Assembly (NCBI GenBank): GCA_964587725.1
Contig: CAZPLO010000004.1
Location: 1 to 64,000 of the forward strand
DNA: 64,000 nucleotides
Direction of reading: 5' to 3'
Source of the DNA: an uncultured archaeon
GTDB lineage: Archaea > Altiarchaeota > Altiarchaeia > IMC4 > SCGC-AAA252-I15
Part shown: positions 28,593-38,972 of the stretch, one piece after another
How positions within the stretch are numbered: position 1 is the stretch's first letter
Layout: the number at the start of each line of letters is the position of its first letter
The notes under the pieces: generated by a model
Database searches by the model: none
Seen by the model: the letters and a program-made list of their open reading frames with translations, nothing else
Told to the model about the DNA's origin: nothing
Made by a program: the position numbers and the translations under genes

Positions 28593-31004
28593 TCAAGCGG
28601 TGAACTCCAGCGACAGCTCCTTCCCGTCTCTGTACTCTACTTCCATTATTCTGCCGGTGCCTTTGAAGTCCGCCTCCACCGCCTTAACTAGGTCGTGGAC
28701 CTCCTTGGGGGCTGAGACCACAACCTTCGACAGCTCCTTCCCGAGGCTGATGCCGTTGTCGCTCTTGTATTTGCGGGTCTCGGTGACTAGTTCCGCGAGC
28801 AGGTCGCCGTACTCCAGGGCCTTCAAATCCTCCCACCCGTCTTCGGGCTCCGGCCACCGCGTGTTGTGGACTGACTTCACGTTCTCCCTGCCGCGGAAGT
28901 ATGTCTGGTAGATTTCCTCGGTTATGTGCGGCATTATCGGAGCCATCATCTTCACCACCGCCAGGAGACCGTGGTATAACGTGTACTGTGCGGCCTTCCT
29001 CGACTCTTCGCCGCGTACGTCGGGTTTGTAGAGGCGCTGCTTAACCATCTCCAGATAGAGGTCGCAGAGTATCTGCCAGAAGAACTTCTCCACCTCCGCC
29101 TTCGTCTTGCTGTACTCGTATCTCTCGAAGGATTCGGTGGAGTCCCGTATCACCTGGGAGAGGCGGGTCAGCAGCCACTTGTCCGCCACCTCCAGGTCCG
29201 GTTCACTTCCGTCGTAGTCCTCCAGGTGCATGAACACGAAACGGGACGCGTTCCATATCTTGGTTATGAATTTCTCGCCTGTTACGAGGTCTTTCTCGCT
29301 GAACGGCAGGTCGTCTCCGAGTTTGCAGCCCGCCGCCCAGAAACGCAGGGAATCGGCTGAATACTTTTCAATCATCTCCTGCGGCCCCACCACGTTGCCT
29401 TTGCTCTTGCTCATCTTCCTGCCGTGCGGGTCCTGGGCGTGGCCGGAGATGACCACGTCCCTCCACGGGTTCACGCGGTCGTGCATCCTCGACTTCACCA
29501 CCGTATTGAACAGCCAGAAGGTTATGATGTCGTGGGCCTGCGGCCGCAGCGTCATCGGATATATTTTACCGTATACCGGATGGTCCTTGAACAAATCCGC
29601 GGCGAGGTGCGGGGTCAGCGAAGACGTCGCCCACGTGTCCAAGACGTCCTTCTCGGGCGTGATTTCCTTGCTGCCGCACTTCGGGCACTCCTTCACCGGC
29701 GGGTCGTCGGTGAGTGGGTCCACCGGCAGGTCCTCTTTTCTGGCTATCACGGGCTCGTCGCACTTTGAACAATACCATACCGGGAAGGGGACGCCGAAGT
29801 ACCGCTGCCTTGAAATGAGCCAGTCCCACTGGAGGCCGTTGACCCAGTGCTCGTAGCGGTGGCGCATGTAGTCGGGGTACCAGTTCAGCTGGCGGCCCCA
29901 CTCCAGCATCTCGTCCTTCAAGTCCAGGTATTTGATGAACCACTGCCTGCTCTTCAGGTACTCTATCTCGGTGCCGCATCTTTCGTGGACGTTGACGGTG
30001 TGGGTTATCTTCTCCTGCCGCACCAGCAGCCCCGCATCCTTCAAATCCTCTATGATGGCTTCCCGCGCCTCCGAAACCTTCACCCCCTCGTATTTGTCGG
30101 CGAGGGCGGTCATTTTTCCGCCGGGGGTTATAGCCACCTTTATTGGTAGGTCGTGGGCCTTCTGCCACTCCATGTCGGTCTGGTCTCCGAAGGTGCAGCA
30201 CATCACGATTCCCGTTCCTTTCTCGGGGTCGGCGCGGGGGTCCGGGAGTATGGGGACTTCGAAGCCGAACAGCGGCACCTCCGCTTTCTTGCCTTCCATG
30301 CCCTGATACCTTTCGTCTTCGGGGTGGTAGAATACGGCCACGCACGCGGGCAGCAGCTCCGGCCGCGTGGTCGCTATGATGAGGTCTTTTCCGTCGACCT
30401 TGAAGACTATGTCGTTGAAGTATGACTGAAGCTCCTTGTCCTCCGCCTCCACCTGGCTGATGCCGGTCTGGCATTCGGGACACCACATGGTGGGCGCGTC
30501 CTTGCGGTATTCCCTGCCCATGTCATACAGTTCTATGAAGGATTCCTGGCTGATTCGTTGCGAGTGCTCGTCTATGGTTGCGTAGAAGACGTTTAAATCG
30601 CAGCTCATCCCTATGCGGGTCCAGTCTTCGATGTATTTGGGCAGCAGCTCCTCCCTCAGGGTTTCCATGCACACGCGGTTGAATTCAGACCTGTCCATGT
30701 CCCGCGCGCGGATGTCCTTCATGCGTTCCACTAGGCGTTCCGTGGGTATGCCGTTGTTGTCGACTCCGAAGGGGTAGAATACGTTGTACCCTCGCATCCT
30801 CTTGTATCTTACGATGAAGTCCTGCTGGCTGTAGCTGAACGCGTGGCCTAGGTGCATTTTGCCGGAGACCGTCGGCGGCGGGGTGTCGACGCTGTATACC
30901 TCGCCTTCTCCGTCCGGGTCGAACCGGTACACGCCCTCGTCCTCCCAGAACCTCTGCCACCTGGGCTCGGAATCTTTCGGGTCGTATTTCTTGCCTGCAG
31001 CCAT
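28593..31004 (-). CDS. valS: valine--tRNA ligase (archaeal type)
   Basis: DTPPPTVSGKMHLGH, GTGIVMCCTFGD, WDWLISRQR, KMSKS. Confidence 0.96.
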   Translation of the reverse strand: MAAGKKYDPKDSEPRWQRFWEDEGVYRFDPDGEGEVYSVDTPPPTVSGKMHLGHAFSYSQQDFIVRYKRMRGYNVFYPFGVDNNGIPTERLVERMKDIRARDMDRSEFNRVCMETLREELLPKYIEDWTRIGMSCDLNVFYATIDEHSQRISQESFIELYDMGREYRKDAPTMWCPECQTGISQVEAEDKELQSYFNDIVFKVDGKDLIIATTRPELLPACVAVFYHPEDERYQGMEGKKAEVPLFGFEVPILPDPRADPEKGTGIVMCCTFGDQTDMEWQKAHDLPIKVAITPGGKMTALADKYEGVKVSEAREAIIEDLKDAGLLVRQEKITHTVNVHERCGTEIEYLKSRQWFIKYLDLKDEMLEWGRQLNWYPDYMRHRYEHWVNGLQWDWLISRQRYFGVPFPVWYCSKCDEPVIARKEDLPVDPLTDDPPVKECPKCGSKEITPEKDVLDTWATSSLTPHLAADLFKDHPVYGKIYPMTLRPQAHDIITFWLFNTVVKSRMHDRVNPWRDVVISGHAQDPHGRKMSKSKGNVVGPQEMIEKYSADSLRFWAAGCKLGDDLPFSEKDLVTGEKFITKIWNASRFVFMHLEDYDGSEPDLEVADKWLLTRLSQVIRDSTESFERYEYSKTKAEVEKFFWQILCDLYLEMVKQRLYKPDVRGEESRKAAQYTLYHGLLAVVKMMAPIMPHITEEIYQTYFRGRENVKSVHNTRWPEPEDGWEDLKALEYGDLLAELVTETRKYKSDNGISLGKELSKVVVSAPKEVHDLVKAVEADFKGTGRIMEVEYRDGKELSLEFTA

Positions 31005-31020
31005 GTTTTGCACCAAGGAT

Positions 31021-31047
31021 AGAGAATATGGAATGTGTTATTAAAAA
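31021..31047 (-). promoter_or_regulatory. valS promoter: TATA-like box plus 14-bp motif shared with leuS
   Basis: agagaatatggaat (31021-31034), 5 nt, attaaaaa. Confidence 0.6.
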
Positions 31048-31069
31048 ACAGCTCCATGGGAGGAGTATG

Positions 31070-31097
31070 AATTATTTTGAATTTTTTCAAAATAATT
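31070..31097. repeat. perfect 12-bp inverted repeat in the valS divergent intergenic region
   Basis: aattattttgaa-tttt-ttcaaaataatt. Confidence 0.7.
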
Positions 31098-31143
31098 TGA
31101 ATTTTATCGCAGATAATTTAAATACGCGGGTGCTATAGTTTAC

Positions 31144-31677
31144 TTGAAGGTGGACGCAAGGCACAAGAGGGGAATGGAGGTCGTGGTGGCCGTATCTCTC
31201 ACGGCAGCCCTCGTCTTCCTCGTGAACCACCCCATCAGCACCGAAGTCAAAGCCTACCTCACCACCGCCGTCGGCGTGATACTGATTCTGTTCGCCTACT
31301 TCACGGGGATGATGGGGGTTGTTGTCGGGGTGGGGGCGGCGGCGGTGGGGTTCGTCCTCAGCCTGCCGGTCATAGGCTCCATGTACGCGCTCATAGCCGC
31401 TAACATAGTGTTCTTCTACAACCGGGTGATAGGGTACGCCTTCAGGAAACTGGTGGACCGCGTTCCAGCCATACAGAAGCTGAAATACCGGGTTGAGACC
31501 AGCGAAACCTACGGGATGATAGCGAACGCCGTCAACAGCTTCCTCCACAAAGTGGGGATGAAGAAGGTGAAGAGGATACGGTGCTACGAAGTCGTCAGCT
31601 GCCCACACTGCATGCAGGACATACCCGTTGACAGTAGAGTGTGCATGCACTGCGGCAAGGAGGTCCTGCTCAGATAG
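31144..31677 (+). CDS. membrane protein with C-terminal double zinc ribbon
   Basis: several TM helices, then CPHC...CMHC. Confidence 0.7.
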   Translation: MKVDARHKRGMEVVVAVSLTAALVFLVNHPISTEVKAYLTTAVGVILILFAYFTGMMGVVVGVGAAAVGFVLSLPVIGSMYALIAANIVFFYNRVIGYAFRKLVDRVPAIQKLKYRVETSETYGMIANAVNSFLHKVGMKKVKRIRCYEVVSCPHCMQDIPVDSRVCMHCGKEVLLR

Positions 31678-32002
31678 ACCTCCAGTATTCCCTCAGCTCC
31701 TCCGGGGTTTTGAAGTAGTGTTCGAACCAGTCGCCTTCGCCGTGGGCGAGACAGGACTCCGGGTCGTAGCCCCTGCACATTTCAGGGTGGTCCCCGTGGA
31801 TGCTGCATCTGCCGTCTGCTGTGAGGGCCGTGCATGGGGTGATGAACTCCACGTACCAGTCGCCTTCGTCGTCTATGTACACCGCAATGTTTTCATGGAG
31901 TAGAAGCCACACAAGCTCGTCCAAATCCTCATCGTCTTCGGGCTCGTCAACTCCAACCGAAACATGGCGGCAGCACAGCGTGCAGCCCACACAGTCCACC
32001 AT
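31670..32002 (-). CDS. YkgJ-family Cys-cluster (CxxCxxCC) protein
   Basis: CVGCTLCC, PC..L...GRCSIH..HPEMCRGY. Confidence 0.88.
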   Translation of the reverse strand: MVDCVGCTLCCRHVSVGVDEPEDDEDLDELVWLLLHENIAVYIDDEGDWYVEFITPCTALTADGRCSIHGDHPEMCRGYDPESCLAHGEGDWFEHYFKTPEELREYWRSI

Positions 32003-32054
32003 GCCATAGATTAGGGGGGATGGGCTTTATAAGACAAAAACTCAATGGATAACA

Positions 32055-32672
32055 ATGAATCTCAGGTGCATGCTGGCTGGATTCATTGCATTAGCACTCA
32101 TCGTGTCAGGGTGCGTCGGCTCCGGAGGCGACGCCACCACCACCACATCCTCAACAACCGATTCAACCGTTGTCACCCCCTCCACAACCACGTCCACGAC
32201 GGCAACAACCACCTCCTCCACAACCTCTTCCACGGTCTCCGCAGAATACGCGGGCGACTGCGTGCAGGCTCCGAAACCCGGGTGCGAGTGCATACAGTGG
32301 GTGTGCCCCTCCACCAGCACCGTAACCACCTCCACTTCGACGTCGACCACCTGCGTGACCGTACCGTATCCGAGCTACACTCCCAGGGCGAGGAACGTGC
32401 AGCTCACCATCAGGGGCGACCGGTTCCGGCCGGACGAAGTCACCGTCTTCCTAGGCGACACGGTGATAGCTAACATAACCAACGAGCAGGGCCTCCACAA
32501 GATAAGGGAGACATACTCCAACAAGACCATTATCCTGCCGCCGGGCGAAAGCCACGAGCTCATATTCTACGCCACGGAGGAAGGCGACTATTTGATGACC
32601 TGCAACCCCTTCTGCAAAGACCCCTTGGAGGCGGTCATACACGTGGTTGAACCCTACAGGCGGGTGTGCTGA
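32055..32672 (+). CDS. lipoprotein with Thr stalk and cupredoxin-like domain
   Basis: VSGC lipobox, Thr-rich linkers, F.P..VTV..GDTV, G.Y...CNPFC. Confidence 0.75.
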   Translation: MNLRCMLAGFIALALIVSGCVGSGGDATTTTSSTTDSTVVTPSTTTSTTATTTSSTTSSTVSAEYAGDCVQAPKPGCECIQWVCPSTSTVTTSTSTSTTCVTVPYPSYTPRARNVQLTIRGDRFRPDEVTVFLGDTVIANITNEQGLHKIRETYSNKTIILPPGESHELIFYATEEGDYLMTCNPFCKDPLEAVIHVVEPYRRVC

Positions 32673-32673
32673 C

Positions 32674-33147
32674 TCACCGGAATATGGTGGCCATCACCTT
32701 GATGTCCCCTATGATGTCCTTGATGATGGTCATGTTGATGTTCCTCGACGTCGCCACCCCCATAATCCTGTGGGAGTCCATCACCGGCACCTGCCGGAAG
32801 TCGTGTTCGTTCATCGTCAACGCCACCCTGTAGAGGGTCGTCGACGGCTCCATCACCTTCACCGGAGACGTCATGACATCCTTTAGCGTCGTCTTCTTGG
32901 CGTCGCAGCCCTTAGCCAGCAGACGGTACACCACGTCCCGTGACGTGACGATTCCCACGATGTTCGGGTGTCGTAGAACTTCTGGTCTGGCTCCGTCGCC
33001 GGACTTGTCCACGACCAACACGCTGTCAACCTTCTTTTCAGCCATCATCTTGCACGCGGACTCCACGGTGGACTCCGGCGTCAAAATGATGGGCGTCTCC
33101 AGTGTTATTTCGCCCACAGTCCTGGAACTGCCTTTACACTGATCCAT
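32674..33147 (-). CDS. CBS-domain pair protein
   Basis: two CBS repeats (VGIVTSRD, DVMT, VPV). Confidence 0.9.
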   Translation of the reverse strand: MDQCKGSSRTVGEITLETPIILTPESTVESACKMMAEKKVDSVLVVDKSGDGARPEVLRHPNIVGIVTSRDVVYRLLAKGCDAKKTTLKDVMTSPVKVMEPSTTLYRVALTMNEHDFRQVPVMDSHRIMGVATSRNINMTIIKDIIGDIKVMATIFR

Positions 33148-33243
33148 AGACCACCATCGTTAACCCATGTGAATGGGACGTAAAAAAAGGTTTTAAACGG
33201 TTTGCGGGCGGTTTTTTAGCGGGTAACACTTAATAGTACCCTA

Positions 33244-35040
33244 ATGCCACCGAGGTTCCTCACCATATCCAAGTACGAGGTGAAGCAGTACTCCGGCAGG
33301 TACTTCGAACAGCTGTTCGTCTTCGCGGGCATAATCCTCATATTCCTGATACTGTCTCCGTCGGATGCGGGCGCCGGCACCCTCGACACCCCCAGCTCCT
33401 ACAGCATGTACCGCATAGGATACAACAGGGGGAGCGCGTTCGAAGCCCACAACCACTACTCCCTCAACATGCTGCCGTACGACAGCCGCGCAGAGGCCCT
33501 GGAGGACCTGGAAGCCGGTGCGATTGACGTGTACGCCTTCGAAGAATGCGGGGGGGCGTCGTTCGAGACCGCCGGCACGGTTAAGTCGGCTGCTGCATTG
33601 AAGCGGGTGCAGCAGGTGATGGTGGGCGTGAAACGGGACAGGATATACGCGCTCGCGGACGCGAACGAAAGCCTCGACGGCATACTCCTGCCCATAAAGG
33701 TGCGGACGGAAGAGATTGAGGTCGACTACGGCGGAGCCATAGACCCGTCCGTGCTGCTGCACAGGGTGCGGTTCATAAACCGCTCCCGAGACAACGGCAA
33801 CGTGTCGGACGTCAACATACTCGACATAGACGAGGTGATGGGCCAGAACCTCTCCGGAATAAGGAGCGGGCGGAGATACAGCAGCGCCGAAAACGACACC
33901 GACGAAGTCGGCTTCACGCTGCCGGAGGAGTGGGAGATACCGTTCGTGTTCGAGAGCCTCTACCACAACATGAGCGTTGTTTCAGTGTCCATCCTGCTGG
34001 CGCTGCTGCTGACGCTGTCGTTCGCGCGGGAGAAGGTCAACGACACCATGGACGTGCTGCTGCAGACGCCCGCCGCCAAGTGGGAGATACTCGCCGGAAA
34101 GTCCATCCCGTACCTGTCGGTGATGGTGGCTGTGAACCTCGCATACGGGTTCGTCACCGTCGGCCCGGTGGAGGGGCTGAAGATAGGTTACATCTTCACT
34201 GTGTTGTCTGTTACGCTGGTGTCTTTCGCGCTGTTCGCAGTGCTCGCGTCGCGGAGCTACCGGGAGCTCACGTTCACCAGCACCATATCGCTGCTGTCGT
34301 TCCTAATGTTCATCGTGTTGCCGAACATATTCTCCGGCTTGAACGTGCTCGCCTTCATCTCGCCGTTGGACACCATAACCAGCATAGAAAACAACGCCCC
34401 CGTCGGGTTAGGGGACGTGTTTTTGTCGCTGCTGCCGTACAAGTTCCTGTCGATGTTTTTCCTGGCTGCGTCGCTGATGTGCTTCAACGCCGACACCTTC
34501 CACAACACCCCCGGTGTCCTCGGGCTGGTGAAGCTGTTCTACACCAACCTGTCAAGACGCCTCGGGGGGGGCGTGAAGTACATGGTGGCGGGGGTGGCGC
34601 TGCTGGTGCCGTTCATCTACGTCGTCCAGAACATCACCGCCTACCTCATAATACCGTTGGGTCTCGCCGCCCCTTATGCGTCGCTGCTGGTGCTGGCATT
34701 GGCGGAGGAGCTGGCGAAGATTCTGCCCTACCACTTTAACCGGCGGATTAACCCCCTCCTCTACGGCGTGGTTGCCGGAGCGTCCTTCTTCGTAACCGAG
34801 AAGGTGTTCAACATATACTTGATTTCGAAGGTGTACTCGTATCTGCCGCCGCCGTACACGATGTTCGTGTTCAAGGGCCTCGCCTACACCCTCTTCCTGC
34901 ACGTGACGGTAACCGCCGCGTACGCGTTCCTCCTGTCCAAGACCAGCGGCAGACGCAGCCTTTTCTACGGCCTCGCCGCAGCCACGGTAATACACGCAGC
35001 CTATAACCTGTTCATGCTCCGCGGAGGTGTGCTACGGTGA
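33244..35040 (+). CDS. ABC-2-type permease fused to a PrsW-family intramembrane protease
   Basis: EKVNDTMDVLLQTP..KWEILAGK permease motif; EELAK, FFVTEK, LH and HAAYN PrsW motifs. Confidence 0.78.
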   Translation: MPPRFLTISKYEVKQYSGRYFEQLFVFAGIILIFLILSPSDAGAGTLDTPSSYSMYRIGYNRGSAFEAHNHYSLNMLPYDSRAEALEDLEAGAIDVYAFEECGGASFETAGTVKSAAALKRVQQVMVGVKRDRIYALADANESLDGILLPIKVRTEEIEVDYGGAIDPSVLLHRVRFINRSRDNGNVSDVNILDIDEVMGQNLSGIRSGRRYSSAENDTDEVGFTLPEEWEIPFVFESLYHNMSVVSVSILLALLLTLSFAREKVNDTMDVLLQTPAAKWEILAGKSIPYLSVMVAVNLAYGFVTVGPVEGLKIGYIFTVLSVTLVSFALFAVLASRSYRELTFTSTISLLSFLMFIVLPNIFSGLNVLAFISPLDTITSIENNAPVGLGDVFLSLLPYKFLSMFFLAASLMCFNADTFHNTPGVLGLVKLFYTNLSRRLGGGVKYMVAGVALLVPFIYVVQNITAYLIIPLGLAAPYASLLVLALAEELAKILPYHFNRRINPLLYGVVAGASFFVTEKVFNIYLISKVYSYLPPPYTMFVFKGLAYTLFLHVTVTAAYAFLLSKTSGRRSLFYGLAAATVIHAAYNLFMLRGGVLR

Positions 35041-36128
35041 AGGAACGCATCATAGCGTGGAGGGAGTTCAAGGCGATGATGCGGGAGAAAAGCTTCGCCC
35101 TCATACTGGTGTTCGAGATACTGCTGGTTTCGTCGTCGGCGTTCCTGAGCGTCGGCTACAACATACTAACGTCGCCGGAGTCGAGCGAGTTCCTGGAGGG
35201 CATGCGGAACGTCGTCTACGTGGGGTTGGTTACGGAGTCGAGGCGGGAGTTCTCCCAGCCGCTTCAGCGGGCGGGGATAGCCTACTTCCAGTACGATAGC
35301 CTGTTGAATGCGGAAGATGACCTCCGAAGCGGCGTACTCGACGCCGTCATCATAGGGGACGTGGATTTGCGGGACGAACACAACGTCATCACAGTGTACA
35401 TGCCATCCAACACCCCTAAGATGGGGTTGATACGGCTGTCGCTGAAACGGTTTTTCCTGGACGTGGAGGAGCGTCTGAGAAACGTTAAGATGCTGATATA
35501 CACACCGGACCTGGAGCTGCTGGAATACGAGGAGGCCGCCGACACCAGGACTGCGCGGCACTTCGAAGTCTTCTACATATTCACGGTGCCGCTGCTGTTC
35601 TTCATGCCCGCGATAATGGCGGGCAGCCTGATGGTAGACAGTCTGAGCGAGGAGTTCGAGTCCAAGAGGATACTGAACCTGGTGACCGCGCCGCTGAAGT
35701 ACAAGACGATAGTGTACGGGAAGTGCCTGGCGGCGTTCGCCGTCACCCTACCCCACTGCCTGATATGGCTGGCGCTGCTTTCTTTCACGGACTTCAAACC
35801 CCACAACCCACTGGGGATACTGGCCGCGTTCACACTCTACACCTGCTTCTTCATCGCCGCCGGCGCGGCGACAGCGTTGAGGGTGAGGGGGAACAGGGGG
35901 TCGCAGATGACCTACACGGTGTTGGCTGTGGCTTCGATCGCGTTGTTTTCGCCGTCCGCAAACGCCTTCCCAGCTCTTTTAAAATTCTCGCCCGCGCACG
36001 TCCTGACTAATCTGGCGTTGGGGGCCGGCACAGCGAGCATGTGGTGGCAGTTCACGGTGCTGCTGGCTTTGACGGCCGCCGCAGCATACGTCATGCAGAG
36101 GGAGTCGGACGGCCTCAGAAGCGTTTAG
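35037..36128 (+). CDS. ABC-2-type transporter permease
   Basis: IAWREF, DSLSEEFESKR..NLVTAP...IVYGK; overlaps the upstream stop. Confidence 0.85.
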   Translation: MKERIIAWREFKAMMREKSFALILVFEILLVSSSAFLSVGYNILTSPESSEFLEGMRNVVYVGLVTESRREFSQPLQRAGIAYFQYDSLLNAEDDLRSGVLDAVIIGDVDLRDEHNVITVYMPSNTPKMGLIRLSLKRFFLDVEERLRNVKMLIYTPDLELLEYEEAADTRTARHFEVFYIFTVPLLFFMPAIMAGSLMVDSLSEEFESKRILNLVTAPLKYKTIVYGKCLAAFAVTLPHCLIWLALLSFTDFKPHNPLGILAAFTLYTCFFIAAGAATALRVRGNRGSQMTYTVLAVASIALFSPSANAFPALLKFSPAHVLTNLALGAGTASMWWQFTVLLALTAAAAYVMQRESDGLRSV

Positions 36129-37057
36129 TCGACGCAGTATTTTATCATGCCTATGCTGCGACAGTCTCCGCTGCAGCAGTCACGGTCGCCTGCGCACTTG
36201 TTGCCTGCGGTTACGCAGCATCTGCCGTTGAGGCAACGGTTAGCGCACTCGTGGCGGAGTGTTTTCAGCTGCCCGGACTCGCAGTAGTATTCGAGAAGGT
36301 TGTCTGCGTCGATGCAGTACTCGCATAAGTCTTCCATGTAGGTGTCGTTAAGCCAGTAGCGGCCGGACACGTTGACGCTCCGGACGTCGTAGTCCCGTCC
36401 GTCGGCGTCAAAGCAGCCGGGCAAGGTGGTGGATGTGGTGGATGTGGTCGCACTCTTGTTGGCGACCCTGTCTAGTATGGAGTCGAAGCCAGAAGTCTGC
36501 AGGGGAGTGAGCGTGGTCGACGTCGTCGGTGAGGGAATGATGTCGTCCTTGTTCACGCACCCCACTCCGACCACGCACTCCTGCCAGCCGCCGCAGGGGT
36601 AAGAGCTTATCTCCCTGCTGCTACGGTACAGGCACTTTCCCTCCAAGCAGCTTATTGCGGTGTAGTGTATGGTTATGGCGCGGTCGTGCTCGTCGCACGT
36701 TACGTTGGCGTAGGACACGCAATCCTCCATGGATACACACTCCGCCTCCAACGTCGTGGACGTGGTCGAGGAGGATGTTGTGGTGGCTGTGGTGGAGGTT
36801 GCAGCCTCCGACGCAGTGGAGGTGGTGGACTCATCCCTGTCGCATATGTGGTTGAGGTTCGAATCCAGGCAACAATCGTTGTTATAGAGTATGTATGGGG
36901 GCCTGCATACCGGCTTGTCGATGTCGCATATGCCGTCGTCGTTCTCGTCCAAACAGCACTCCCCGTAAACCAGCTTATACGGCCTCTCGCAGGACGGGCC
37001 GTTGACGCACGCCGACAGCAGCACCGCCGCAGCCAGCGCCAGATACACCAGCTTCAT
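36125..37057 (-). CDS. Cys-rich, Thr-rich lipoprotein
   Basis: LSAC lipobox, duplicated C..PY.L...CCLD.N...ICD unit, LLEYYC module, knottin-like C-terminus. Confidence 0.75.
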   Translation of the reverse strand: MKLVYLALAAAVLLSACVNGPSCERPYKLVYGECCLDENDDGICDIDKPVCRPPYILYNNDCCLDSNLNHICDRDESTTSTASEAATSTTATTTSSSTTSTTLEAECVSMEDCVSYANVTCDEHDRAITIHYTAISCLEGKCLYRSSREISSYPCGGWQECVVGVGCVNKDDIIPSPTTSTTLTPLQTSGFDSILDRVANKSATTSTTSTTLPGCFDADGRDYDVRSVNVSGRYWLNDTYMEDLCEYCIDADNLLEYYCESGQLKTLRHECANRCLNGRCCVTAGNKCAGDRDCCSGDCRSIGMIKYCVD

Positions 37058-37132
37058 CAGTAAGAATGGGGAACACACGTTAATAACCCCTTCTGCGGGG
37101 GGATTTATTTATCGTCCCTCAAAAGTTGTTTT

Positions 37133-38938
37133 GTGACCGTGGACTCCGACTTGGGCGGCATAGAAGTTAAGGAACTGGGCAGATTCAACCGCCAGATGAA
37201 CGACGTGGTCGACGACATCAGCTCCAAGAAAACAGCTAAGAGAGACATCTACGACGAAATATCTATAGAACTGGAGGGTATATCGGAGCTCACCAACATA
37301 GACTCCCACAAGTTTATCGAAGTCGTGAAGAAACACGAGGAAAACTACGGAACCCTAGTTGAAGACTACCGTGGGAAGATATTGTCTAAGGTAGACTATC
37401 CGATGCCGCCTGGGATGGCCGACTCCCTGGTGGAGGTGATGATAGGCCTTAACCTGCTAAAAGACCTGGTGTTCGAGGCCGGAGGCTACGAGAAGGCAGT
37501 GGAGTACGCGTGCAAAAGGTATGGGGTCTCCAGGGAAGAACTAACTGTCAAGGCCGTGGAGGACGAACTTAAGGTTGCCATCGTAGAAGACAAATTCAGG
37601 ATACGGGATGCCTTCAGGGTGATAACGTCGTTCTGCGGGCCGGAACTCTGCCAGGACATCTTCTCCCTCTTCGTGATAGCCAACGCGGGGAAGGTGGTGT
37701 CCGTCAACGACGCCTCCGGCAGGATAGTTGGCGTCGTACAGTTGATGGTGGACAAATGGGGGGATTCTTACATGCCCGTCTACTCCGTGCTTAAAAGCTA
37801 CAGGGACAGCAGCGTAGCCTCCATCCTCTTGGACGCGGCCGAGGAAAACGCGGTGGGCCGGTACGTTTCAGCCACCCGCTCCCTCGACATGATATACAAC
37901 ATCCGGAACATGCTCGACCGCGGATACGTGGCCCGCACATTCATACCCGACTTCTGGGGGGAGGAGAAACCGAGGATAGTGTTGGAGAAGGACCTTGAGC
38001 AGCCGGCAGAGAAGATAGATTTCAACGTTAAAGACATTCCCTCCCTGACAGAATACCTGGAGGGAGTGGAGGCCTTCTCCACACCCGCGAAAAACACGGA
38101 ACTCATAGATGAGGCGTTGAACAGGAGGGGGTTCGAGCTCGTCGACTTCCTGCCCTCCGACTCCGTGGAAGACGAGCAGCTTGTACTGGTCAGAACAGAC
38201 ATGGAAAGCATATTCAACCCCCGAGAATTCCATTTCAGCTTCCCCGAACCAGCTAACGGGCTGGAATTCACCCTCATAAGGGGGTATGACGACATCTACG
38301 AGGCCATAGGGGTGACGGAACGCTACCGCAGGTCGAGGGGCGAGTCCGTGGACAGATACATAATCCACAAAAACTATCCAGTGCTGAAGATAATATCATA
38401 TGTCGGATTGGTGGTGGGGCTGCGGGACGAAGAAGGCAGGCTGGCTGCGTTCGCAAGCCTCCTCTGGGACAAAGACGGCGGAATCTGCTTCCACACCCTC
38501 TCAGCGCTCCCGGAATACGGTTTGAGGAAGCCGAGGCTGACGCTCCTGGAGTTCCTCCGCAGCCTGGCGGAGCAGACCGGACGGAAGAGGGCCTGGTTCA
38601 TCCACTCCATGCAGGACGCAGCATTCATTGAAACCGTCCTGAACGAGACGGGATTCGACGCCACCAGCGTGTTCATAGACCCGTTCGGGAACGGACACGA
38701 CTACCTGCTCCTCGAATCAAACGTGCCCGCGGAGGATTCGAAGCCCGCGGAGCCGGGGGAGGCGCGCCACATACGCGGGTTCATCGAACTCCGGCCGGGA
38801 GACAACGCGGTTCTAGCCTCTGCCGGAAACCACGAGCTCATAGACCTGGTGTTGGGGGAGGGCTTCCGGCTGACGTCGGTGGTGGACGGAACCGCAGTCG
38901 ACGAACCAGGGGAGAAACTCTTCCTGTTCAGGCGCTGA
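37133..38938 (+). CDS. protein with two tandem GNAT-like domains
   Basis: internal duplication: GRIVGVVQL...SVLKSYR / GRLAAFASL...SALPEYG; FIPDFWG / FIDPFG; NTELIDEAL..GF / NHELIDLVL..GF. Confidence 0.65.
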   Translation: MTVDSDLGGIEVKELGRFNRQMNDVVDDISSKKTAKRDIYDEISIELEGISELTNIDSHKFIEVVKKHEENYGTLVEDYRGKILSKVDYPMPPGMADSLVEVMIGLNLLKDLVFEAGGYEKAVEYACKRYGVSREELTVKAVEDELKVAIVEDKFRIRDAFRVITSFCGPELCQDIFSLFVIANAGKVVSVNDASGRIVGVVQLMVDKWGDSYMPVYSVLKSYRDSSVASILLDAAEENAVGRYVSATRSLDMIYNIRNMLDRGYVARTFIPDFWGEEKPRIVLEKDLEQPAEKIDFNVKDIPSLTEYLEGVEAFSTPAKNTELIDEALNRRGFELVDFLPSDSVEDEQLVLVRTDMESIFNPREFHFSFPEPANGLEFTLIRGYDDIYEAIGVTERYRRSRGESVDRYIIHKNYPVLKIISYVGLVVGLRDEEGRLAAFASLLWDKDGGICFHTLSALPEYGLRKPRLTLLEFLRSLAEQTGRKRAWFIHSMQDAAFIETVLNETGFDATSVFIDPFGNGHDYLLLESNVPAEDSKPAEPGEARHIRGFIELRPGDNAVLASAGNHELIDLVLGEGFRLTSVVDGTAVDEPGEKLFLFRR

Positions 38939-38972
38939 ACGCTTTTTAGACGGAGCCCGCCTAGAGTATATC

